Source of the DNA: Trypethelium eluteriae
Taxonomy: Eukaryota
NCBI GenBank assembly: GCA_051942245.1
Contig: JAVECL010000045.1
Span: 56,364-76,363 of the forward strand
Reading direction: 5' to 3'
Length of the DNA stretch: 20,000 nt
Positions 9,815-20,000 of this stretch are shown here, piece after piece (positions within the stretch are counted from its first letter, which is position 1; each line of letters opens with the position of its first letter). The notes beneath the pieces were generated by a model, which saw only the letters and a list, made by a program, of their open reading frames with translations, did not search any database and had not been told where the DNA came from. A program made the position numbers and the translations under genes.

Positions 9815-11529
9815 ATCGAAGCTCGTTCCGCTTTGGAAGAGTAACTTTTGACACCACCTCTACAGTGAGAATTAGATAATATCAAGAGGCCAATATTCCG
9901 TTTCTCTATAGCCTGAATAGCTGCTTTTCTTCTGAGACCCTTCAAATCGTGAAGACTCGGTCGACGCGTAAAAGTGACGACATCCGTTCCCAGGCGTTGG
10001 CTACAAATCCACAAATTTTCTGGAAGAGCCGCTGACAGAGCTCGGAGAAGGAGTAACTGCAAGAGTGTGCGCGGGCTAAGCTCAAGAGCCAGTACCTTTA
10101 TCCAGGCTTGCTTAACATCGCTACGAAAGCTTACAACCCACCACTGTTTGAGTCCAGGTATTACTAGAAGTCACCAGACTATATCAGATCGGTGACTACG
10201 GCGTTCTTGGGAGCCTTGACTCAAACATGGCCGCACAACTTGCGAATACTCGAGATATTACTGAGGTGAACTTGCAGGAAAGAGCAGTAAGTACTGAGCC
10301 GAAGCCGAACGGCAAAACAAAATCGAAGTGAAAATGTACGATGACACCATGGCAGTCACGTCCAATGTCCTCGTCAGATCGTCCTTCGTAAAGACACCTT
10401 AACCTTGCCACGCTATTAGGACTCAAGTGCGCAAGACCGAGGATTCTGGGCCGATGATCGGACAATGCCTACAGCTGTCGGTCATGGCGTGGCTCAGTGC
10501 CGGTGGGTGAAGTCTTCATTCGGTAGTGTACAGAATACTTTATCGCTGTTATGGAGCAGGGTGGAATTGCTCGCGAATCATCGTGCGCCATCTTCTGCAG
10601 GGCCCCGAGGCGCAGCTATAGCGCGTTAGGTCTCCGGATGAACTTGCCTAATGCGGGAGGGCGGCTAAGCGCACGGTGGGCACCATGGCAGTGGATCTTG
10701 TGGAGGAAATGTCAGAGGCTGCCGTTCCAGGTATTTACATACTCCATGTACTCCGTAATATAAAAACAGTGACAATTCTCTCTAACAAGACGTCTGCTCG
10801 CGTACAACGAGCATTACCCACCCTACGAAAGGTTCTATTGCACTTCTTGATTGGATTTGTGTCGAGACACTCTCGCAAGCCAAGAATTTTGTTTTCTGTC
10901 CTACTATGACCCTAACGCTACTAGAGCCTTATGCGTGTTCTTCATGAGATCCTACACAAACGTTGTACTCATTTCCTCCAATGGCAGTGGCCTAAAGCGG
11001 CGTCGAACCACAAAGGTTTTCATCGATGATAGAAATTCAAGGACACTCAACACCAGAGGTCTACATTGCATCTCAACTACCTCATCTAAGAGAGCCAAGT
11101 GGGTACCTGATCCAACCTATCGGCCCGACCCAAAGCTCACCCAGCACATTAAATAGGGTGCTCAATACAGTTGACAAATCAGGTACACTGGTTATATCGC
11201 CGAATCCCTTTTATTGCATACATGATATTTGGAACAAATCGTGCCGCCGTTTTCTTGTTTCACATCCAAGGACCACTTCGTCGCCGATATTGGAGATGCG
11301 CATTTTGGCCGTCTCGCCTGCAAAGCGAAACTTACCATTACAGAATTCTTCAGGTCAGCTAAAAGCTGGGCGCAGTCAGCCCACCATATACCGGGCTACC
11401 TTTTCGTGTTTGAGCTTACCGGAATCGTGTAAGTTAAGAGAGACATCTTCATGGTCTCGCCACCATACCTGGAGGCCCCTACCCTCTCGTATACACTCGC
11501 ACCATTTCGCACACTCGCGGCTGGTGCTG

Positions 11530-12471
11530 ATGAATCACAAGCGGAATGGCATAGGTGTCCAGCCCCAGGCATATACCATTGGTTTAATCTGCACCCTTCC
11601 GGTTGAGCTTGCAGCCATGAGGCTACTGCTGGACGTGGAGTACCAAGAACCGTGTTGGAGCCTCGACGGTACAAACATTTATACATTCGGCTCTATGGCA
11701 GGTCATGATGTGGTCCTGGCCTGTCTGCCTGCTGGGCAGTACGGCAACAGCTCGGCAGCGATAGCCGCAGCGCAAATGCGCCTCAACTTCGGATCCATTC
11801 GATTCGCTCTTTTAGTAGGCATCGGAGGCGGCGTTCCAAGTCCAGGAAGCGATGTCCGCCTGGGAGATGTCGTGGTCAGCCAGCCAAGAGCACAGCACGG
11901 CGGTGTGGTCCAATATGACATGGGAAAGGCGCATGGCCCGGGAAATTTTGAAAGGACAGGATATCTTCAACCTCCGTCCACAGTCCCTCTGAATGCAATC
12001 TCAAAGCTGCAGTCGACTCATTTCATGGGTCTGCAGCAGTATCGTGGTTTTCTGTCGACCATATGCCAAAATCAATACTTTGCAAGGCCTAAGCCTGAAT
12101 CAGACATTCTTTTCGAGGCAGATACCAAGCACACCGGACCTAAAGACTGCAGCCAATGTCTTCAAAGATACGGAGCGATTCTGCGACGGCACCGGCCGGC
12201 AAACCATCCTCTTGTCCATTACGGCACCATAGCGTCCGGAAATCGCGTCATAAGAGATGGCATTATTCGCGACAAAATCAGTACCGATCTGGGAGGCGTA
12301 CTCTGTTTTGAGATGGAAGCTGCCGGCTTGATGAATATTTTCCCTTGTCTCGTCATTAGAGGCATCAGTGACTATGCTGACTCCCATAAAAATGACAAAT
12401 GGCAGCCTCACGCTGCTGCTACGGCTGCAGCGTATGCAAAAGAAATACTAACCGTAATCCCACCGGCGTAG
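11530..12471 (+). CDS. Stand-alone purine/uridine nucleoside phosphorylase (PNP_UDP_1) domain protein of the fungal NLR N-terminal effector type; possibly truncated
   Basis: Motifs YTIGLICTLPVELAAM, NIYTFGSMAGHDVVLACLP, LLVGIGGG, DVRLGDVVV, GGVVQYDMGK, HYGTIASGN, CFEMEAAGL, IRGISDYADSHKN and WQPHAAATAAAYAKEIL. The likely start is ATG 11530, although the frame is open from 11026. No NACHT/NB-ARC follows. Confidence 0.88.
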   Translation: MNHKRNGIGVQPQAYTIGLICTLPVELAAMRLLLDVEYQEPCWSLDGTNIYTFGSMAGHDVVLACLPAGQYGNSSAAIAAAQMRLNFGSIRFALLVGIGGGVPSPGSDVRLGDVVVSQPRAQHGGVVQYDMGKAHGPGNFERTGYLQPPSTVPLNAISKLQSTHFMGLQQYRGFLSTICQNQYFARPKPESDILFEADTKHTGPKDCSQCLQRYGAILRRHRPANHPLVHYGTIASGNRVIRDGIIRDKISTDLGGVLCFEMEAAGLMNIFPCLVIRGISDYADSHKNDKWQPHAAATAAAYAKEILTVIPPA

Positions 12472-12943
12472 GCGGACACGACAGAAACCGTACTTCAAGA
12501 GGTTCGGCATAGGCGGTTGAAGAGACAAAAAACACAACTTATGCAAATTGACGGTACCGCCCCTGATCCGTACGGCGGATTAAGTCGTGACCGCCCTGAA
12601 TGGCGATACCACTGACGATGCGTACCCACAGATGCTTCCCGATTTAGGCAGCTCTGAAGTGGAGAAGCTTAGACTTTTGAGGCACCTTGGAATCTTTCGT
12701 GTGCATAGTGAAACCATCAGTCGCCCGGATGGTCTTCGAGCAGGACTGAGCCCTCCAATCCTATCTATTTCCCTTTCTTTCTTTCTTAGGTGGCGCTGGA
12801 AATCGGCATGCTGGAGGTATATACAGGCTAGATACATTTATGTATCTTGTATCTCTGTACGTGTATTGGCTGGATTTGGGCTGTTGTTTTGAGGCACACA
12901 TGAGGGTTTCTTGAATGCTTTCCGTGTACATTTGATTTTGTCA

Positions 12944-14609
12944 TCAATGAGACCACAGTTTCACGGTCTTATCAGCGCCGCCACTTGCAACTCTTCCTCC
13001 ATCCGCACTCCAGTCAAGCGCAAAGACTTCACCTTGGTGGCCAGGCAGATCTTCTGCTAGCTTCCCGCTCTCGACTCCCCATACCTTCACAGTCGTGTCC
13101 TTGCTACTCGACACCAATAATCTGCTGTCTGCCGAGAAACAACACTGGTAGACAGCGCCTACGTGGCCCCTGAGTGTTCTGACAAATCTGCCATCCGTAG
13201 CACTCCATAGTTTAACATGATTGTCAAATCCCGCAGAAGCGATATAGAGGCCATCAGGGGAAAAGGTGACATGGTTAACGACCTTCTGATGCCCGATCAT
13301 CCGTCCCAGAGGCTGAGTGGTTGTGAGTGGCTCCCAAAGGTACATGGTGCAATCGTCGCTCGCAGAAGCCAGCCGCTCTACCAGCTTCTTTCCGATCCTT
13401 GCCGCATCCTCAAAGTTCCGCTTCGCTGCTATTCTTCTGTCGCTTTCGTACTTAGGTCCGCCGAACTTTGGATCCCGGAAAGCATTACGGAGAGCGAAGT
13501 CGGTTGACAGCGCGAGATGGTTCACCCAGTGTGCATGCGACTGGAGAGTATTGATCAATGTGCCTTTAGCCGCATCCCACACCTTGATCGTTTTGTCTTG
13601 TGATGCAGTATAGATCTGACCTAGGCCGCCCCATTTCACACACGTCACCGAAGCGGAGTGTCCGCTTAGAACCATGTCAATGCGGCAGCCTCTTGCATCC
13701 CAGATCCGGACTGTCCCATCTTGGGAACATGAAGCTAGACGAGGTCTACCGGGTTGTTGAGCATGGTAGGGCTCCCATGAGAGATTTCTGACCGCCTTTG
13801 TGTGCCCTGTCAGGGGTCCGCCGAAAGGTTTGCCCTGAGGATCCCAGAGTCGCACAGTTTTGTCTTTACTGCCAGTTGCGATCATTGAATTGTCGGGAGA
13901 CCAGCTTACTGTAAAAATCCAGTCTGTGTGCCCTTTCAAAGTAGTCACTGGCGTCCCTGTATCGCAATCCCATATTCTTGCCGTTGCGTCTCCGCTGCCC
14001 GTTAATAGTCTGGATGAGCTTTCCGGAGAGAATTGCATGCAGAGAATGGTTGACCCGTGGCCCGATATTGAGCTCGAGCATCTCGTGACCGCTTTGACTC
14101 GGAAGATAGCCTGTGGAGCTCTTTTAATCGTTATTTCAGTTTCAGTGGAAGAGGCGAGGGACTGTCGATCAGAGTGTAGCATCGATTGGTAAAGGCCATC
14201 TCTGATGAGTATCTGGGGGACCGCTAAAAAGGGGGAAGCAGTCAGCGGCGATTGAATGTTCTAAGGTCAAGAAAATTGGCTGGAATAAGCATGGACGGTG
14301 GAAGCGTGTCTTACCCTGCTCGTTTTCTGTCAGCAGAGGTTGATAAAAGAGTTTGTAGGGTATTCGCTTCAAGGCGAATTCGCGACCGTCTATACTGTCG
14401 GACAGTGTTTCTAAATTTTGTAATGTCGCATCCTTGAGCTCAATGTAGACAGGAGGTCCTGTTGCTTCCCCAGAGGCATGATCGTGAAAGCGCAGGCGGA
14501 CCGGTCCTACGCTGTCTGGAATGTGGTTGCGCTCCTCCTCCTCTTCTCTTGCCCTGCTTTCTGCCGCAAGCCTCTGGCGCTTACTTGGAGGAGGAAGGAC
14601 CGTAGCCAT
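12944..14609 (-). CDS. RSA4: Ribosome assembly protein Rsa4/Notchless (NLE domain + WD40 repeats)
   Basis: Exons 14609-14315 and 14223-12944. Intron 14314-14224 (GTAAGA..GCTGAC..TAG). Motifs MATVLPPPSKRQR, PQAIFRVKAVTRCSSSISGH, SHAHWVNHLALSTD and multiple GH..WD repeats. Confidence 0.95.
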
Positions 14610-14665
14610 GGTAAAGGTCGTCTGTCCCTTTTAGAACGCTATGTGCATTCCGTAGATTGGTCCAG

Positions 14666-14689
14666 AAAAAAAAAAGAAAAAAAAGAAAA
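14666..14689 (-). promoter_or_regulatory. Poly(dA:dT)-rich tract in the 360-bp RSA4/MSH4 divergent intergenic region
   Basis: A-rich run AAAAAAAAAAGAAAAAAAGAAAA about 60 bp upstream of the RSA4 ATG. A regulatory role is inferred only. Confidence 0.4.
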
Positions 14690-14969
14690 TTGATGTGGGG
14701 CGAAGAGTTCGCGGAACATCCACCAGTGCACCCATCCACGCCATCCCATCGGAGCATCGGTGGCTAACCGCGCTAACCTGGGATCGGGACGCTAGCAGCC
14801 TTACCCGACGGATCTTTCCTTGACTTCAGCCTTGTCTTCCTCTCTTCGTCTTGAACCATCGACAAAGATCAAGCTAAAATCTAGACTCGGTGATTAGCTT
14901 GAATGTGTCGAATCCACAGAGAGACTCGTTCCGAGCACACTAAGAGTTCAGAACGGCAAGATAGGTACA

Positions 14970-17905
14970 ATGAGCCGGCCGACTACCTCGCGGTCTGTGA
15001 GCAGCTCTTATCCCACCTACCCATACTATGAATACACAACCACCGCCTCCCGTAATCGCGCTGGCCAAGCAAGTAAAGGACGGTCGAATACGGCTCGTCC
15101 TAGGACTGGTGTATCGACGCTTGCCGTGACTGACCAGCAGATCATCTGCGCTGTGAGTGAGTCTCGTGGAGTTGCTCCGACTGTTGGACTGGCCTTTGTG
15201 AACCTGGATACAGGAGAGGCGGCTCTCTCTCAAATCTGCGACAACCAGACGTATGTGAGAACATTGGCCAAGCTTGCAGTCTACTGCCCCTCCCAAGTTT
15301 TGATTATGTCTACTGCTGCCAATCCCAAGTCAAAGCTGTTTTGCACAATTGAGGATCACCTAGACGCTTTCAACGGCAGCATCATCTTGTTAGACCGCCG
15401 GTATTGGGCTGAAAATGCAGGCTTCGACTACATACAGCAATTGGCATTTGCAGAAGACATTGAAGCTATTAAGCTCGCCATTGGTACTAATTATTTTGCC
15501 GTCTGCTGCATTGCTGCTGTATGCTGCTCGCCACGTTGGGTCAGTCCATGATTGACGCAATAATAGGCTCTCAAGTACATTGAGCTCGGAATGTCAACTA
15601 CATTTCCATTTCAGTCGCTGAGGATTAAGTACGAGCCATCGGAAGGGTCGATGATGATAGACATCTCCACAATCCGCTCTTTAGAGCTCATCCAAAATCT
15701 GGAAAATCCCAAGTCGGAGGCTTGCTTGTTTGGGCTGCTGAATGATACTCTGACACCAATGGGTTCTAGACTCCTGAGAAGTAACATATTGCAGCCTTTG
15801 ACAGATCCGAACACCCTTAGTCTTCGTTACGATGCCCTGGAGGAACTGACAACCATGGAGGAGATGTTCTTCGCGACCAGAGCAGGCTCGTATACTAAGG
15901 AACTCCGAAGTAAACGCGCTGACGTTGTGCCTTGTAGCGCTCAAGAATTCGCTCGATAGCGACCGCGTACTATCTGCCGTATAGTTCAACTCAACTTTTC
16001 TGTTTATCACAGGGACACTGACAGGAAGATAGTTGATTGTGATACCAGCGAAAATTTCGGTACAGTATTGTGAGCAATCTATCAACAATGTCATCATGCT
16101 GAAACACTTTCTCAACATGGTGAATCCGATCTTCAATGCAGTATCTGGAGCCAGAAGTGAACTTCTCCATGAAATTCGCGATGTGCGTGTCTCGCTCGAC
16201 ATGGTCATTTGCAGAACTAGAGCTGATATCTCTAGCTTTGCCGTCCGGAGAATCTTGAGGCGGTGGAAGCTCTTATCTATGGTGCGCTCAATGAAGATAC
16301 GGCTTATGCGAAGCAGCCTCTCGAACTCCGTAATCAACGAACTTATGCTATGAAGGTATGACTTCCTGACACGCTCAACCAGCAGTTTTTTGACATCAGA
16401 ACACAAGTCTGGAGTCAATGGATTGCTTGACGTTGCCAGGCAGACATACAAGGAGGCTGTACAAGATGCTGATGAACATGTCCAGCAGCTTGGAGGTATT
16501 CGTACTGATCGAGACTTGCTGTCAAACTGCTAAATGTATTCATAGAGACCCATCGGCTTCCTCTTGAGATGAAGTTCGATAACATGCGAGGATTTTACAT
16601 CCGAGTGCCTGTCTCAGAGCTCGAAGATCGTGCGCTACCAGCCACCTTCACCAACGTCTTCCGTAAAAAGAATAAGGTCGAATGTCAGACGCTCGATTTG
16701 ATGAAGATGAATCAAAAGGTATGCCTTTTCCCTCCACAGGTAATGATGCCGAGGCTCACATCGACAAGATCACAGATTCCCATGCGGAAGTCGTCATGTT
16801 GTGCGACCGAACAGTTCAAGATCTGGTTGTTGAGCTCCGCAGTCATTTGTCCATTTTATTCAAAATCAGCGAAGCAATCTCGATGCTCGACATGATGGCG
16901 GCCTTTGCTAGCGTGGTCACTGCATGTGACTATGTCCGGCCACAAATCGGAAGAGCCCTTGCGCTGAAAGCTGCTCGGCACCCTGTTAAGGAGAATGACA
17001 GCAACGTGAAATTTGTTCCAAACGATGTCTACGCAACGCAGCAGACTCGCTTCCAGATAATTACCGGTTGCAACATGAGTGGCAAGAGCACCTATATTCG
17101 GTCTGTTGCTCTGATGTCCGTTATGGCTCAAATCGGTAGCTTTGTGCCTGCGGAATACGCTGCCTTCCCAATCATGTATCAACTCTTCGCCCGAGTGTCC
17201 GCTGACGACAGCATCGAAGCCAACGTATCCACCTTCGCTGCGGAAATGCGCGAGATGGCCTTCATTTTGCACAACATCGACCGACGCAGTCTGGCAATCG
17301 TCGACGAACTAGGCAGGGGTACCAGCAGCCAGGATGGCCTGGCCATTGCCTTAGCCATCGCTGAGGCACTGATCAGCAGTCGGGCCATGGTGTGGTTCGC
17401 GACGCATTTTCGGGATCTCGCCAGATTCTTGGAAGAGCGGGCAGGAGTAATCAATTTGCACCTGCAGGCAGAGATGACGCAAGAGAATGAAATGAGCATG
17501 CTTTACAAGCTCGCTCAGGGTGCCGTACAAGAGCAGCATTACGGTATCAAAATGGCTAAACTAATGCCCCTCCCCCCCGACGTTATCGAATACGCAGAGG
17601 TTGTTGCGACGCGCTTGCAGGAGCAGATCAACAAGCGGAAGAGAACTTCTTTTGCAGTGTTGAGAGAGAGGAGACGGAAGTTGATCTTGAATTTGAAAGA
17701 ACATCTGTTGCAGGCGCAAAGTGGACAGATGGAAGGAGAGGTGCTTACTAGTTGGCTTAGAGAGTTGCAGCGAGAGTTCGTCGTAAGGATGATGCAGATT
17801 GAGAAGGAGGCAGAAGAGGCGAGGATAGAAGAGGAAATAATGTCCGATACGATGACGGGTGATTCACAAGATATGTTGACGGATGCAGGTCAGAGTACGA
17901 CGTAA
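14970..17905 (+). CDS. MSH4: Meiotic MutS homolog Msh4
   Basis: Exons 14970-15518, 15567-15885, 15938-15978, 16033-16182, 16236-16355, 16408-16495, 16546-16718, 16769-17905. Motifs AVSESRG, QICDNQTY, TIRSLELIQN, TPMGSRLLRSNILQP, LLDVARQTY, Walker A TGCNMSGKST, STFAAEM, DELGRGTS and FATHF. No mismatch-recognition domain I, as expected for Msh4. Confidence 0.93.
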
Positions 17906-18182
17906 GCGAGTGTCTGATCAGGCGAGATGGTGGCTTCCCCGAATGTGTTGCTGTCAAAATAGTGAAACTCGCAATCTTTGGCTTCATATCTCTGCGTAAG
18001 ACATCTCTGCAAGGGAAGCACTGGAAGATAGCTGGGTCAAGATAGCTCAGTAATGTTCATCGTAAGAACTCAGGATCTAGGTATCAATTTTCTCGCTTGT
18101 CTGGCTCTCGCAAAATATGCTTATCACTTTAATATATATTATCGTGATTAAGTGCCAAATCTGCTTGCTAATTGGCGTTCAT

Positions 18183-18682
18183 TCAACCAAGCTTCGTCTC
18201 TTTGTCCTTAATTGGGAAGTCTGTTCCAGTCGTACTCTTGTATTGGCCCCGAATGTAGTCGGAGATCTGCTCATCCTTGGCTTGCTCGATCTGATTCATT
18301 ATGACATCAGCTGGGGATACTCAACATCGAAAATATAGAAAGCTCCGAATACATCATGGCTTTCGAGCTCGAATGAAGATCTGAACGTACCGCGCTCTCA
18401 TTATCCTGAGGACCCTGGCCGAGGACTTTCTCCTGCACCATATCGACTCCTACGAAGGCCAACATTAGCGAATGTACGATCTGGAAACAAAAGAGGATCA
18501 AAAAGCTTGCCTTTATCAAGGAAATCCTCATTCTTCTCGCTCTCCTTGCCTCCTCCCGCAGCACTGTTGATCTTGTCACCAATACCACCCAGGAAGCCCC
18601 CACCACCTTGCTTCTGCTCTCCAGATGAAGACGACTGCTCCTTATTCTCGCCGCTACCACCGAGGTTCTTGACAAAATCCAT
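18183..18682 (-). CDS. Small (112 aa) hydrophilic Gly/acidic fungal protein; resembles proteins often labelled DNA-damage-responsive/stress proteins
   Basis: Exons 18682-18511, 18449-18391, 18290-18183. Introns 18510-18450 (GCAAGC..GCTAAT..TAG) and 18390-18291 (GTACGT..GCTGAT..CAG). Product MDFVKNLGG...GDKINSAAGGGKESEKNEDFLDKGVDMVQEKVLGQGPQDNESAIEQAKDEQISDYIRGQYKSTTGTDFPIKDKETKLG. Confidence 0.85.
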
Positions 18683-19281
18683 AGTCCGTAGTTTGAGGTC
18701 GGTGTCGGGACAGACTGATATGATTAGAAGCAGAGAGTTTAAGGGAAGAGAATATTCTCGGAGTTCGAAGCCTGGGGTATCGGTAACTTTCTTATGCCTT
18801 GATTGAAAATGCCAAGCCTCACATGTCGGGCGTTTCCAGGTTTCAGGATTGTGGAATGATTCTGCCAAGTAATTGGCACTTGGAGGCTTGGCAATTTCTT
18901 GGAGGCCCAACCGTTGCAATCTGTAGGCGCGCTGTTTACAGCTCCAGACCGAGCGACTGGCGCCCCACCATCCCTCTTGGTGGGGCTGACATGGGTCTCT
19001 CCGGGGTGACGTCAAAAATCCATCTCACTGCGCGTCGGAGCGCGAAATTAAGATGATTTTGTTGCTTCGTTATTTCTATGCTCAACCTTGAGTCGTTTAG
19101 AAAACAGATGCATTAGACTTCCTACTTTTCTAGCATCATAGCGCGTTTCCTTGTCTCTGTGAGATTCTAGAGTTTTTGCGGTACCGACGTACCTTACACA
19201 CTTCCAACGTTTCGATTTCCGTAATCCATTGAGGCTTTCCCCTACATTGAGACTATCCAGTCTAGAAAGGCCTCTCACAAG

Positions 19282-20000
19282 ATGGCATTGAAGCCACCAA
19301 TACTCATAACCATTGTCACCGGCTTCCTCGGTTCTGGCAAGACAACCATGATTCTTAGCCTCATCCCCCAAATGAAAGACACCCGCTTCGCAGTCCTGAA
19401 GAACGAATTCGGCGATGTCGCCGTAGATAGCCAACTTGCCTCCGCCTCCGCCATCAGTGGTGTACGCGAGATGCTCAACGGCTGCATATGCTGGTACTTC
19501 CTCCCCTTCCACCTTTCCCTACCAAACTCACCCTTTCGTCTCATCCTCTCTTCCATCTCACTAACCACACTCGATCACAACCAGCAACCAAGTCGGCCAA
19601 CTCTCCGACGCCCTCTCCGCCCTCGACACCACCGCCTCCCCCGACCGCATCCTCATCGAAACGTCTGGCTCCGCCTTCCCCGCCACACTTGCTCTCGAAA
19701 TCAACCGGCTCGCATCCCTGACCGGGCGCTACGCCCTCGACGGTGTGGTCTCCGTCATCGACGTCGAGAACTGGAAGGGGTACGACGACACCTCGTACAC
19801 CGCGAAGATCCAGGCGCGCTACACCGATCTCATCGTGTATAATAAGTGGGAGGGGGTGAGCGAGCGGGCGTTCGACGTGGTGAAGGATCGGGTGGCGGAT
19901 TTGGAGGTGCCGGTGGGGACGGAGCGGAGCGATCGCGGCTGGGTGGATGCGCGCGTGGTGTTTGGGGTTGATGCGAAAGGGGTGAGGAGGTGGGAGAAGG
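19282..20000 (+). CDS. CobW/COG0523-family G3E P-loop GTPase (putative metallochaperone), 5' part
   Basis: Exon 19282-19493, intron 19494-19584 (GTACTT..CTAAC..CAG), exon 19585->20000. Motifs TGFLGSGKTT, KNEFGD, GCICC (across the splice), LIETSG, VIDVEN and DLIVYNKWE. Confidence 0.92.

Noticed and set aside
12472..12615. Amyloid signalling motif after the PNP domain
   Set aside because: The tail is charged and Pro-containing, without the N/Q/G-rich pattern of fungal amyloid motifs, and no partner NLR is adjacent.
12830..12847. Hairpin AGATACAT-TT-ATGTATCT (and a similar one at 5281-5301)
   Set aside because: 8-bp stems are expected by chance in 20 kb, and there is no supporting context.
12944..14182. 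WD40 gene as the NLR sensor partner of the PNP domain
   Set aside because: It is clearly RSA4/NLE1, with divergent repeats, not a HET-E-type high-identity WD array.
18401..19015. 204-aa ORF as a single-exon gene
   Set aside because: Only the part from ATG 18682 matches the spliced small protein; the rest is upstream sequence and intron read-through.

Overview
Eukaryotic, intron-containing DNA from a filamentous ascomycete (fungal GT..CTRAY..YAG introns of about 50-100 nt). Genes reconstructed by hand, in order: the 5' part of a Y_phosphatase3-type phosphatase missed by the ORF track (-), an intronless APH/kinase-like phosphotransferase (-), an Eis1-like eisosome protein (+), KIN28/CDK7 (-), sphingolipid C9-methyltransferase (+), a stand-alone PNP_UDP nucleoside phosphorylase domain of the fungal NLR-effector type (+), RSA4/NLE1 (-), MSH4 (+), a small Gly/acidic hydrophilic protein (-) and the 5' part of a CobW-family GTPase (+). 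The most striking feature is a ~225 bp direct repeat (340-567 and 2322-2546, ~85% identical by manual alignment). It duplicates the phosphatase upstream region and its first three codons (ATG GCA ATT) and places them in frame in front of the phosphotransferase, so a kinase-like gene and a phosphatase share a copied 5' module. Also notable are an orphan PNP effector with a possibly premature stop, two GC-AG introns (one atypical, in MSH4) and a Thr-to-Ser change in the KIN28 T-loop. Family calls rest on motif recognition, not database searches.
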